Assembly: GCA_016180435.1 (NCBI GenBank)
Contig: JACPBG010000001.1
Location: 136,358 to 200,357 of the forward strand
Origin: Candidatus Sungiibacteriota bacterium
GTDB lineage: Bacteria; Patescibacteriota; Minisyncoccia; Sungbacterales; HO2-52-23
Direction: 5' to 3'
Length of the DNA: 64,000 nt
The notes below the pieces were generated by a model that saw nothing but the letters and a program-made list of their open reading frames with translations, was not told where the DNA came from and did no database searches. This document shows positions 47,415-57,180 of this stretch, piece after piece; the first letter of the stretch is position 1; the number at the start of each line of letters is the position of its first letter. The translations under genes were made by a program, and so were the position numbers.

Positions 47415-48512
47415 CTATATACGTATGATCGCGGAGCCATACTGCAAACCAGCTCCCAACGCGGAAAAAAGAACAAGATTTCCACTTTGTATCTTGTTGG
47501 CGGTCTTGGCTTCGTGAAATCCAACCGCTAATGTGGCGGTATCAAGATTCCCGAATCGGTCCACATGAATCGTAGTTTTTTCAGGAGGAATACCCAGGCG
47601 CGAAGTAAGCTTCTCCAGAATTACTTTATTAATTTGATGGAATACAAAGTAATTTATGTCTTGGATGGACATGTTGGCGTTTTTGAGCACTTCGTGCACC
47701 GTTCTCTCAAAATACGCCGGTGCCTTTTTTTGGACCATCGGCGCGTCCAGATTGAAATAATGGACGCCCGAAAGCACCGATTCTATGATTGCTGGATTTC
47801 GCGACCCGCCCTTAAACGTAGCGAAGTTGTTTGCGCCATCCGCGCCCCAATACGTGGCGAGAAATTTTTCAGGTGAATGCGGCTTAGATTTTTGCAGTAT
47901 CATTGCTCCAGCGCCGTCTCCAAACAGTGAGGCATTGAATCGGTCGCGCGCCATTAAAGCGCGCTGTCTCTCTGCTGTAATGCCATTTTCGTAGTAGCAT
48001 ACTGCATATGAAGATGTTGAGGTAGATGCGCTGATCAAAACTGTCTTGGCCTGACCGGACACGATGAGCGAGTTTGCGATAATCATCGCATAAATAAATC
48101 CTCCGCATCCGACGGTGGTCAGACCGAATGCAGATGTATTGGCGCGTGTCGCTCCGAGACGCATCATAAGCATTGGACCGGGATCCGGCATAAGGTCCTC
48201 GGGTGTAGAACTTGCGTAAATTATCACATCAACATCATCAATGTTGATGTTCGCATCTTGTAAGGCGTTTCGGCTGGCTTTTTCTGCAAGGTCCAAATCG
48301 TAAAACCCTTCCCTCATTTTGCCGGCGCTAAAATCAAATGCGAAGTGCCGCTCTTTAATTCCGAGTTTCTTCTCAATCCATTCCGGGCTCCAATCAAAAT
48401 TCTGATTGAATTCCGGCAATTTTCCGGTGGGGAAAATTCTGCAGAGCCCCTCGTTTGTCATAACAAACGGGGGCATGAACATGCCACTTCCGATTATCTT
48501 TGAATGGCGCAT
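47415..48512 (-). CDS. 3-oxoacyl-ACP synthase III (FabH-like) condensing enzyme
   Basis: WIEKKLGIKERH, GCGGF (Cys), LFGDGAGA, FHQIN (His), FGN (Asn), GAGL. Confidence 0.9.
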   Translation of the reverse strand: MRHSKIIGSGMFMPPFVMTNEGLCRIFPTGKLPEFNQNFDWSPEWIEKKLGIKERHFAFDFSAGKMREGFYDLDLAEKASRNALQDANINIDDVDVIIYASSTPEDLMPDPGPMLMMRLGATRANTSAFGLTTVGCGGFIYAMIIANSLIVSGQAKTVLISASTSTSSYAVCYYENGITAERQRALMARDRFNASLFGDGAGAMILQKSKPHSPEKFLATYWGADGANNFATFKGGSRNPAIIESVLSGVHYFNLDAPMVQKKAPAYFERTVHEVLKNANMSIQDINYFVFHQINKVILEKLTSRLGIPPEKTTIHVDRFGNLDTATLAVGFHEAKTANKIQSGNLVLFSALGAGLQYGSAIIRI

Positions 48513-48605
48513 ATTTCTCCTGGATGAATTTTTTCGAGAACTTCCCTGATTATACCATAAATTTATGATTTATACAAATTTTAAAAAAGCCCTTAAAAGA
48601 GGGCT

Positions 48606-49511
48606 TTAAATATCTGATTTTACGCTGTACAAAAAGGTTGAATTCAGCGAAATCACGAGGCAGCGGGCGCTTCCGCCAGCTTTATGGAATTCGGAAAGAT
48701 ATACAACTCCGAGCTCAATATCGCGCTTGGCGAGTTCCTTGCGTAAAGCCGGCGATGGCTCGGTGGTAATCAATTTCCAATGGGTCAATTCCCTGGTTCG
48801 TGGATCCAGCTTCATTATCGGAATTCCGTTACAGACAAATTGCATGGCATCACGGTATGAAACAGGAATAACCTCGCTGTGATTTTCTATCACTCGAAAA
48901 GAGTGGGCATCAAATGCTTCAGGATAACATAAAATATATTTTCCGATAGGGCAGAGGCATGTGTCCAAATGATAAAAATCCGGATGAATGAGCTTCACCA
49001 ATATCGGGCTTTTTTTAATGCACTCGGCGGCATTAATGGCTCCGCGCTCGCTTGTACGAAAATAATTTCTCTCATCAGTGTCGCTGTAGCCGCAAAAAAG
49101 GGTTTCTTTCTCGTCAAAAATAAACAGGGCATCTCCGTGTCCTTCAAATGTCCCTTCGCACAACTCATGGATTTTAAACCCGAAACTCTCAAATGCGGTT
49201 TTAAAATACGCCTCCTCCTTCCCCCGCTCTTTCCGGAAACGAAAATGACTTAATACAAAATCGTCTTTATACACCAATCCGGCATTGGCGATAAAAACCA
49301 TGTCCGGAAGTCCCTCGGCCTGATCAGTGAAATAACTGCGAATTCCCTCCTGCTCCAGGGCATGGCGCAATCCATACCATTGAAATTTTGCGCCCGCAGG
49401 ATCAACCGGTTTCTGTCCCTTACGCCTCATGTGCGTGTTTATTTTATAGAAAACTCCGTAATAATCAGGACGGCACATCAGAACAGCCGAATTTTCTTTA
49501 AACGCTTCCAT
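48606..49511 (-). CDS. Amidinotransferase superfamily enzyme (arginine dihydrolase/deiminase-like)
   Basis: LMCRPDYY, PDMVFIANAG, FEGHGD, YHLDTC, KAGGSARC; AAGGAG RBS before ATG 49511. Confidence 0.9.
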   Translation of the reverse strand: MEAFKENSAVLMCRPDYYGVFYKINTHMRRKGQKPVDPAGAKFQWYGLRHALEQEGIRSYFTDQAEGLPDMVFIANAGLVYKDDFVLSHFRFRKERGKEEAYFKTAFESFGFKIHELCEGTFEGHGDALFIFDEKETLFCGYSDTDERNYFRTSERGAINAAECIKKSPILVKLIHPDFYHLDTCLCPIGKYILCYPEAFDAHSFRVIENHSEVIPVSYRDAMQFVCNGIPIMKLDPRTRELTHWKLITTEPSPALRKELAKRDIELGVVYLSEFHKAGGSARCLVISLNSTFLYSVKSDI

Positions 49512-49652
49512 AAACTCCTTATTTGCACATTTTGAAGGTACGCGCCTTTTTTGAATATATGCTTTTGCGTAAAAAAGGCAACGGGGTTGAAAAATCAGGC
49601 ATATCGTTATACGATTCCGGCAGAACATTGACATTTGTTCGAGATCATATAG

Positions 49653-50927
49653 ATGTGGAAATTCCCTGATCCCATTGGCTGGATTCCGCCCGGAGATGCC
49701 GGACAAGCGCTTATGCGATTCATTATAGCATCGCTTAATCTGGAAGATGCGCAAAAAACAGCGCATATTTTCAGAGAAATACTAGAACCATACAAAAACA
49801 ACCTGGGATGGCATTTCAAATGCCTTATGCTTCTTGCCAAATTTTTCCCGCATGGTTTTAACGCCTTATTCCGCATCGGCACGTCGCTGTTTTTTGAAAA
49901 ACGTTTTATGGCGGCCAATGGCGATACGGGTATTGTGCTGGCTGTTTCGCGAACATCACGCCAAGGGTTAAAAACAAATTTTGATATTTTAGGAGAAGCG
50001 GTTACATCGGAAAAACAAGCCGAACGTTATGTCCAATCGTATCTTGCACTTATACGACAACTTATAACCTGTATGCCGCCGCATGAAATCAGCATATCAC
50101 TGAAACCCTCGGCATTTTATTCGCAAATTCAGGCTGCAGCGCCGGAACATTCGGCTGAAGTTATTGCCAAACGCCTGGAACCGATAATCGCCCTGCTTAA
50201 AAAAATCGGCGGACACGCCTACCTTGATGCGGAAGAATCCGAGATGCTTGAAGTGCAGAAACTGGTTTTTAAAATTCTATACCTAAAATATGGCAGCGCA
50301 GTCCGTTTCGTTCTGCAGGCCTATCTTAAATCCTCATTCCATACTCTAAAATGGCTAGTTTCCATAAATAATCCGGATGACCCCATACATTTCCGCTTGG
50401 TACGCGGAGCATATTGGGACCATGAATGTATGCGCGCCGAGCGGCTGAACTGGGATGAAACGCCGGTATATACCGATAAAGACGAAACCGATCTCATGTA
50501 TCATACGCTCATCTGGCAGGGCATGCGGCATGGACTTGTCGTGAATCTCGGAACGCACAATATCATAAGTATTGCCAACAGCATAAATTCCTATATTTCG
50601 ATGCGCGCCTGGGGTTTTGAATGCAGTATCCCGGAATTCCAAATGCTGCACGGCATGCCGGGCGTTAAAGAATTTGGCAAAATACTTTGCCAAAAAGGCT
50701 ATTCGGTTCGTATTTACAGTCCGGTCATATATCCCGAAGGCGAAACCCGCGAAGGAATGGCATATCTTGTGCGCAGAATTTTAGAAAACCAGTCCCAGAT
50801 GTCATTTCTGGTACAGCATTCCGGAACAAAAATGCGGGAAGCAGTTGGTATTTTACAAAAAATACCGGCCCGCAAAGATCTTCCGGATATAATCAAACAA
50901 ATCCGTATTCCCAAGGAGGCGGCCTAA
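49653..50927 (+). CDS. Proline dehydrogenase (PutA N-terminal type)
   Basis: DILGEAV, ISLKPS, DAEE, LQAYL, RLVRGAYWD.E, GTHN, EFQMLHGM, YLVRRILEN. Confidence 0.92.
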   Translation: MWKFPDPIGWIPPGDAGQALMRFIIASLNLEDAQKTAHIFREILEPYKNNLGWHFKCLMLLAKFFPHGFNALFRIGTSLFFEKRFMAANGDTGIVLAVSRTSRQGLKTNFDILGEAVTSEKQAERYVQSYLALIRQLITCMPPHEISISLKPSAFYSQIQAAAPEHSAEVIAKRLEPIIALLKKIGGHAYLDAEESEMLEVQKLVFKILYLKYGSAVRFVLQAYLKSSFHTLKWLVSINNPDDPIHFRLVRGAYWDHECMRAERLNWDETPVYTDKDETDLMYHTLIWQGMRHGLVVNLGTHNIISIANSINSYISMRAWGFECSIPEFQMLHGMPGVKEFGKILCQKGYSVRIYSPVIYPEGETREGMAYLVRRILENQSQMSFLVQHSGTKMREAVGILQKIPARKDLPDIIKQIRIPKEAA

Positions 50928-52550
50928 ATGAATACCTTGCATGAATTCAAGAATGAACCGCACCTGGACTGGACTAATGAGGAAAACCGAAACGCCATGC
51001 GAAATGCCCTGCAACGGGTAAAAGGCGAGTTCGGAAAATCATATCTGATTATTATTGACGGAGAGTGGTCGCTTGCCAAAAAATCATTTTATTCGTTTGA
51101 TCCGGCGACCTGCAATCCGCGTATAAATCCGCATGGTTTTGATCCAACCCGCGACATAATAGGCATTGCATATACGGCTGGCCCAAATGATATTGACCGC
51201 GCAGTTAGAGTTGCTGAAAAAATAATTACGGAATGGCGCAAACTTGGCGTGGAAAAGCGCGCCGAATTGCTTTGGCGCGCCGCGCAAATCATGCGCGAAC
51301 GAAAATTTGAACTCGCCGCCTGGCTGGTTTATGAAGTGTCAAAATCCTGGGATGAGGCCATAAGCGAAGTTGAAGAAGCGATTGACTTCATTGAACTTTA
51401 TGTCCGCGAGAGTTATTTCTTTTTCGGTGAATTCCCTACGGCATCGCTCAAATCCGAAGAAAATATTCTTACAGCGGTTCCGCGCGGTCCGACTGCCGCC
51501 ATATCAACTTGGAATTTCCCGATCGCTTTGGCAGTTGAAAAAATAGCCGCATCGCTTGTTTGCGGATGTCCGGTGCTTTTCAAGCCGGCGGAACAGGCCT
51601 TTGTATGCGGATGGATGGCGGTTAAATGTTTTCTGGATGCGGGAGTGCCCCCGGAACTTATTGCTTATCTTCCGGGCGGGGATGAAGTTGGCAAAGCACT
51701 GGTAACATCCCGGGGAATCGCGCAAATCGCTTTTACTGGATCGGTTGAGGCGGGCATTGCCATAAATTTGTCCGCCGCCCAAACTCCCGGAAAATTCGGC
51801 ATCAAGGGGTTTGAACCGGAACTTGGCGGCAATAACGCCGTCATTGTTTGCCCGAGCGCCGTGCATGATTCCGCCATACGCGACATCCTGCATTCCAAAT
51901 TCGGCTTCAACGGCCAAAAATGCTCGGCACTGCAACGCCTTATTTTCGTGGGATCGCCGCTGGATTGCACGCCGCGAAAAATATGCGAAGGAGTAATTGA
52001 GGCTGCCAAATCGCTTGAATACGGGCATCCGGAAAATCCGGCTTATCGCCACACCTCTCTCATTGACAACGATGCCTATAAAAAAGTCCTTGAACGAATT
52101 GAGGCCTTGAAATGCTACGCGAATCCTTGTTATGAGCAAATGTTAAAAAAAGTTGATCGCGGGTATTTTGTAGGTCCGATTATTTTTGATAAAATTCCGC
52201 CTCATCTCGGATTTGTTCAGGAAGAAATATTCGGTCCAGTGCTTATGATTTTTTATGCTAGATCCTTGGAAGATGCGGTTTTACTTGCCAATAGCACTCC
52301 CAATGCCCTGACTGGAGGGGTTTTTACGGAGTTGGAAAGCGAGATTGAATACGCCAAACAAAATATTGATGTGGGAAATTTTTACGCCAACCGCCCTATC
52401 ACTGGGGCCATGGTCGGACGCCAGCCTTTCGGAGGATTTAAATTTTCCGGCAATGGCAAAAAAGTGGGGTGTCCGGAACGCCTGAATTTTTTTCTGAATC
52501 AAAAAACAGTGACGATCAACCGCGAGCGCTACGGCGCTTTGCTGAAGTAG
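50928..52550 (+). CDS. rocA: Delta-1-pyrroline-5-carboxylate dehydrogenase
   Basis: FKNEP, EVEEAIDF, WNFP, FTGS, ELGG, GQKCSA, EEIFGP, QPFGG; abuts the ProDH stop codon. Confidence 0.9.
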   Translation: MNTLHEFKNEPHLDWTNEENRNAMRNALQRVKGEFGKSYLIIIDGEWSLAKKSFYSFDPATCNPRINPHGFDPTRDIIGIAYTAGPNDIDRAVRVAEKIITEWRKLGVEKRAELLWRAAQIMRERKFELAAWLVYEVSKSWDEAISEVEEAIDFIELYVRESYFFFGEFPTASLKSEENILTAVPRGPTAAISTWNFPIALAVEKIAASLVCGCPVLFKPAEQAFVCGWMAVKCFLDAGVPPELIAYLPGGDEVGKALVTSRGIAQIAFTGSVEAGIAINLSAAQTPGKFGIKGFEPELGGNNAVIVCPSAVHDSAIRDILHSKFGFNGQKCSALQRLIFVGSPLDCTPRKICEGVIEAAKSLEYGHPENPAYRHTSLIDNDAYKKVLERIEALKCYANPCYEQMLKKVDRGYFVGPIIFDKIPPHLGFVQEEIFGPVLMIFYARSLEDAVLLANSTPNALTGGVFTELESEIEYAKQNIDVGNFYANRPITGAMVGRQPFGGFKFSGNGKKVGCPERLNFFLNQKTVTINRERYGALLK

Positions 52551-52553
52551 TCC

Positions 52554-52682
52554 GGAAACTGCTTTTAAAAATCTTCGCAAAATTCCACCGTAATTTTGCT
52601 CATCACGGGTCGGCCTCGCTCTTTCCGTTTCACGGAAAACCGTGGCCGCTCGGCCTCCCAGTGTTTTTAAAAGCAGATTTCC
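52554..52682 (-). repeat. Structured repeat family A, copy 4
   Basis: IR ctgcttttaaaaa/tttttaaaagcag; core as at 2406-2551. Confidence 0.88.
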
Positions 52683-52801
52683 TTCCTTAATGGATTTGCT
52701 TTAAGTTTATGCGGCATTTTCTATGCCGCATTTTTAATTTTTGCATTTGCATACACAATAAAATGTGTTATATTCAACGCAGTTCCTAAAAAAGTTAAAG
52801 A

Positions 52802-53128
52802 ATGAATGATATAGAATTTTTCTGTCCGCAGTGCTATAAAAAAGCCGAATTTGCGACGCACTATTGGATTAAATATTCTACGGCTGGATTGGAATTGCCT
52901 ACGTTTTTGTGCGTGGATTGTCACACAGCATATATTGATTGGCCCGTTGTCAAGCGTAAAATCCGCCGATGGAGAAATGCATCAAAATATGCGAAAGCAA
53001 AAATTTCTTATTTCGCGGTTGTCATAGAAATTATGCAGTGGCACCGTGAAAACCTGGAAGAGTTTTTTATAAAGCGACTTGGATATCGCGAAGTGAAATT
53101 TTTAAAGCGGCGTAAAGCCAAAACTTAA
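52802..53128 (+). CDS. Hypothetical basic Zn-finger protein
   Basis: CPQC..CVDC. Confidence 0.6.
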   Translation: MNDIEFFCPQCYKKAEFATHYWIKYSTAGLELPTFLCVDCHTAYIDWPVVKRKIRRWRNASKYAKAKISYFAVVIEIMQWHRENLEEFFIKRLGYREVKFLKRRKAKT

Positions 53129-53157
53129 AACGCGGATTAATCGCGTTTATTTTTTAT

Positions 53158-53321
53158 TAGACCTACTGCACAAAGATTTTCGTCACGAAATTTCAGAATT
53201 TCGAGGCAAAATCGCTGAATAAACTTTGCGGCCTATCGGCCAAGATAAGCCAAAAAGTTTTGAAGCGATTTTGGCCGAAATTCTGAAATTGCAGTAGATT
53301 AATCTTTGCGCAGTAGGTCTA
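53158..53321 (+). mobile_element. MITE family C, full-length copy (164 bp)
   Basis: TIR tagacctactgc/gcagtaggtcta bounded by TA; right end forms the stop codon of the adjacent ORF. Confidence 0.9.
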
Positions 53322-53573
53322 TTCAACTCCTCCGACTTTTTCCACAATAGCGCGGTTAATTTCATCTTCAGTGGCGCCTTCGGGCAAACCGAGTTCTTTG
53401 ATCAATTCTTCGCGCTCCTTTCTTTCTTTTCGCTCTTGCAATTTTTCAAACGGCAAAACTTTGACTTTTTGTCCGGGCTTTTGCCCGGATTCCGGTAGCG
53501 GCTTTTCTTTCCGCTGGCGGTATTCATCAAGGTTCACGACGTTTTCGAAATTATTTTGAGGAGTTTTTTCCAT
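53319..53573 (-). CDS. Small charged hypothetical protein
   Basis: 84-aa ORF. Confidence 0.55.
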   Translation of the reverse strand: MEKTPQNNFENVVNLDEYRQRKEKPLPESGQKPGQKVKVLPFEKLQERKERKEREELIKELGLPEGATEDEINRAIVEKVGGVE

Positions 53574-53758
53574 AAATTTTTGCGATATAAATATAGATAA
53601 AATCTTGATCTACTTATACAACCAAGCTTGAACGCACTTTATCATAAATTTTTGAGCTAAGATAGTCCCGCCCCGCGAGCAGGACGGGCATTCCGTCGCT
53701 CTTCCCAACAAGGCATCAAAACTCATCCCAAAAAACACGCAAAAAAAATAAATTTGCG

Positions 53759-53791
53759 GGTGGACGCGTGCGGAATTTTCTTTTTAATTAG
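53759..53791. repeat. Left arm of a 33-bp inverted repeat pair bracketing a four-gene cassette
   Basis: Reverse complement matches 57067-57099 at 31/33. Confidence 0.85.
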
Positions 53792-53813
53792 GGATCAATT
53801 TAATACAAACAAA

Positions 53814-54005
53814 TTATCCAAATACAGTGTAAAAGACGGCGATAATTACTATTGCAATAAGAATAATCCATTTCCAGCCACGAGATGACACTTGGGACAT
53901 ATTTTTAGCCTGATACTCAACCCGTTCTGCTGTGCGTTGCATGCTATCAAGCGTGCTCATGGTGCGGTCTACTTTCTTAAAAACATCAAATATTTTATCA
54001 AACAT
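53814..54005 (-). CDS. Small protein with C-terminal TM
   Basis: 63 aa; WKWIILIAIVIIAVFY. Confidence 0.6.
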   Translation of the reverse strand: MFDKIFDVFKKVDRTMSTLDSMQRTAERVEYQAKNMSQVSSRGWKWIILIAIVIIAVFYTVFG

Positions 54006-54031
54006 TTTATTTATTTAAGTCAGGTAATTAG

Positions 54032-54667
54032 TCAGAAACGTAAATTATTATTAATAAGTTTTGCAAAAGCAATTAATTGTTCACGAGTAAATTTTTCATC
54101 AGCCATTAAAGTTACGAAGAAGCGACCAGAGCTATCAGCAAACATCAAGGATCTCTCAAGATTTTTTTCTTTATCCATATAAAAGTAAAATCCTTTCTTA
54201 CCGACATCAATATTGTCTATGCTAGCGCCGCCCAATTTACCCAAAGCCTCATATGAATCGAGCATCTTAAACGCTGAGTCTGCATAAATTACGTTGGCGC
54301 TTATATTAATATTATTATTGTTTCCATATTGACAAAAAATAATTTTTTCAGTTTGAAACGCATCCATCATGGGGTCGGAAGCCAAATTTGTATTCACTAA
54401 AAATAGTTTGTTTACATCTTTTGCCGAAGCTATTTGTGAACAACTAAATTTAAAACTACTGGAACCAATTTTGTCATTCGACGGTACTTGAGTCGGCGAG
54501 GCAGAAGGCGTTGTTTTTTGTGTAAACCCTTGCGGGCCAGACGGCGTTGATCTGCTTATAGTGTTGATGGCTCTATTGTAAAAATAAAATGCGCCTCCTA
54601 TTACAATTACTGCTGCCGCAACGATCACTAGCAATGAAATATATCCGCGATTATTTGATGTTTTCAT
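54032..54667 (-). CDS. Membrane-anchored protein with a prepilin-like N-terminus
   Basis: NNRG-YISLLVIV.. followed by a S/T/P linker and a Cys-pair domain. Confidence 0.65.
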   Translation of the reverse strand: MKTSNNRGYISLLVIVAAAVIVIGGAFYFYNRAINTISRSTPSGPQGFTQKTTPSASPTQVPSNDKIGSSSFKFSCSQIASAKDVNKLFLVNTNLASDPMMDAFQTEKIIFCQYGNNNNINISANVIYADSAFKMLDSYEALGKLGGASIDNIDVGKKGFYFYMDKEKNLERSLMFADSSGRFFVTLMADEKFTREQLIAFAKLINNNLRF

Positions 54668-56430
54668 TATTTTATATTTTCTTCTTGGCCAATATTAATA
54701 GTTGGCTCCACTGAGGCGTATTTTCGGATGAAATAAATATCATTCGCGTTTTGTATGGTATCTATGCCTCTGGTTTTATCATACCTGCCTCCGATATTGT
54801 AATTCAAAACTGATACGGGTGCGGTTTGATTTTTTCCAGTTCCGTCTCCAAGTTGTCCAGTTTCATTGCCGCCCCAACACTTCATTTCTCCATTCGATAA
54901 CAAAGCGCAGCTATAATTTACACCGGCCGCAATGGCAACAGCGTTAGTGATGGCAGAAGAAGAAATCTCGCCCCCTGCACTCCCGCCCCAACATTTTACT
55001 TGTCCGCTTGATAACAAGGCGCAAGTATGAAAAGATCCAACCACAACAGATGTAGCATTGGAAATGCTGCCGCCATTAAGCTGGCCGCCACCATTATCGC
55101 CCCAGCATTTAATTGTGCCACCAGTTAGCAAAGCGCAGGTATGGCTTTCGCCAGCACTTAAAGCAGATACGCCATTTAAACCAGAAACCACAACTGGCGT
55201 GGCTTCGTATTGAAGCTTTGTAGAAGCGCCTAACTGTCCGCTAGTATTCCAGCCCCAGCATTTTACGGTGGCGTTGGAAAGCAAAGCACACGTGTGGTTG
55301 CCGCGAGCTATCAGTGCTACTGCATCATCAATACCTATAACTGATATTGAGGTATTTTTAGAAACAGTTGTCCCATCGCCTAATTGACCATGACTATTTT
55401 CGCCCCAGCATTTTACAGAGCCGTTTGATAATAAAGTACAGGTGTGCTTCCAGCCAGCCGCTATTGCTATCGCATCATTTATTCCTGAAACCAAAACCGG
55501 AGAACTTTTACTTGTTCCGTAACCGTCTGTTCCTATACCTAACTGGCCATAGAGATTATACCCCCAACATTTCACGTTCCCACCGGAAAGCAATGCGCAT
55601 GTGTGTTTCCAGCCAGCGCTTACGGCCATCGCATTATTTATGCCTGACACAGCAACGGGCGTAGATTTATAATCATAAGACGCGCTTGAACCATATCCTA
55701 GCTGGCCCCAATCATTTTGGCCCCAGCATTTAACCCCACCACTCGAAAGTAAAGCGCAAGTATGTGCGCCGTTTGCAGAAATAATATTTTCCTTTTTCAA
55801 ACCAAACGCCAAAAAAGTATTTTGTCCGTTGCTTAGAAAAGATGCTGACGCGTTGCCGTAATATAAATAAATTTTGCCACTGGGCGCAGTGATAGACGGA
55901 ACTTTTACCCAAATTTTTGAATTCTCCGAGTTACATCCGGATTCCATCCAGTAATTAAGCAAAACAGTGCTGCCAAAATCAGTAAATCGCATATCGCCAC
56001 AATCTGAACGCATTTTGCCTGCAGATACAAGCGAGGCAGTATCTAAAGATATTAAAATCTGATAATTGGAAAGTGCTGTGGCAGAAGATATAGAAATTAA
56101 TTTTCTATATTGCCAATTTGGCAAAATTTTTACTGGTTCGGATTTAAGTACTGTCGGCGTTGGAGTTTGACTTGGTACTATGATTTTTGGTGTAGCAGGC
56201 CGCACAGTGGGCGTTTGAGTAGACTGGGTGAAAGGCGCTGTTACTTGCAGCTCCGTTTCCGAAGGCGCGGCCTGTTTATCTTTTGGCTCCGGAAAAGATA
56301 AAGGATTTGATGTAATCTTTTGTGAACCTGTCGGCACTGAAGAAGGATTAATGAAAATATTTAAATAAACATAAGCGCCCCCAAGTAAAACAGCGGCGAT
56401 AATTATAGAAATTATTACTAATTTAACCAT
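54667..56430 (-). CDS. DUF2341-domain protein with RCC1 repeats
   Basis: WQYRKLI..D.RF..YW.E..WVKVP..YLYYGN followed by seven (H/Y)(T/S)C.L..G..KCWG repeats. Confidence 0.85.
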   Translation of the reverse strand: MVKLVIISIIIAAVLLGGAYVYLNIFINPSSVPTGSQKITSNPLSFPEPKDKQAAPSETELQVTAPFTQSTQTPTVRPATPKIIVPSQTPTPTVLKSEPVKILPNWQYRKLISISSATALSNYQILISLDTASLVSAGKMRSDCGDMRFTDFGSTVLLNYWMESGCNSENSKIWVKVPSITAPSGKIYLYYGNASASFLSNGQNTFLAFGLKKENIISANGAHTCALLSSGGVKCWGQNDWGQLGYGSSASYDYKSTPVAVSGINNAMAVSAGWKHTCALLSGGNVKCWGYNLYGQLGIGTDGYGTSKSSPVLVSGINDAIAIAAGWKHTCTLLSNGSVKCWGENSHGQLGDGTTVSKNTSISVIGIDDAVALIARGNHTCALLSNATVKCWGWNTSGQLGASTKLQYEATPVVVSGLNGVSALSAGESHTCALLTGGTIKCWGDNGGGQLNGGSISNATSVVVGSFHTCALLSSGQVKCWGGSAGGEISSSAITNAVAIAAGVNYSCALLSNGEMKCWGGNETGQLGDGTGKNQTAPVSVLNYNIGGRYDKTRGIDTIQNANDIYFIRKYASVEPTINIGQEENIK

Positions 56431-56947
56431 TAGAATTAGAAGCTGACCCTTGAATTATCGGATCATAATATTTTCCGACACCCTGTTGCATTATTAAGGC
56501 AAACGCATAAATTCCAACAATTCCGCCGATGGCGTTTATCAGCCAGAATACTATGCCGCCAAAAACACCCAATCCGGACAGGCCGCCCAGAATTCCAAAA
56601 ATAATCCATATCGCAAGACTTGGATAGAAACATAACTGAAAAATATTTGTTATATTGAACGCCCAGCCGAATAAAATCCTGGCAAGCTTAAGCCAGAAAT
56701 CAAAAAACATAGAAAAAATCACTCCGCCTATGGCGCCGCCAATTACTGACAAAACAATATTATAAATGAAATTTCCTAAACCAAAATAATTTGACTTAAT
56801 TCCAAAGGCTATCAGATCGTCTATTGCTCCTCCCCCGGGGATAGTAAAAAATCTAACACTAACAAAAGTAGCAATCCCAATAATTACTCCGTAAACGGCC
56901 GATCCTATGGCGGACCAATATATTGTGTTTTTTGTGCGTTCATCCAT
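56423..56947 (-). CDS. Gly-rich multi-TM membrane protein
   Basis: About four hydrophobic helices; overlaps the start of the next gene. Confidence 0.7.
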   Translation of the reverse strand: MDERTKNTIYWSAIGSAVYGVIIGIATFVSVRFFTIPGGGAIDDLIAFGIKSNYFGLGNFIYNIVLSVIGGAIGGVIFSMFFDFWLKLARILFGWAFNITNIFQLCFYPSLAIWIIFGILGGLSGLGVFGGIVFWLINAIGGIVGIYAFALIMQQGVGKYYDPIIQGSASNSNG

Positions 56948-57066
56948 ATAAACATTATACGCGAAACGAGATTAATGAAAAGAAAAACTATCCACACGTA
57001 GAACCAATCCTTTTATATAAAAATACCATCACTCATTGGGCAGACACCAACCCTCCCAATTTATTT

Positions 57067-57099
57067 CTAATTAAAAAGAAAATTCCGCGCGCGCCCACC
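57067..57099. repeat. Right arm of the 33-bp inverted repeat pair
   Basis: ctaattaaaaagaaaattccgcgcgcgcccacc. Confidence 0.85.
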
Positions 57100-57180
57100 T
57101 CCTCCACCAAAGACGAATTGCGGATTTTGGGGGATAGCCGTTGCGAGGCGGCTTCCTCTGGCTTGCGCTTTTCTAAAGTG

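Noticed and set aside
49512-49766. Track's long N-terminal extension of the amidinotransferase
   Set aside because: It overlaps the divergent ProDH gene; the RBS and family motifs support ATG 49511
54820-55780. RCC1 repeats as a diversity-generating retroelement template/variable pair
   Set aside because: Differences are not adenine-specific and no reverse transcriptase is present
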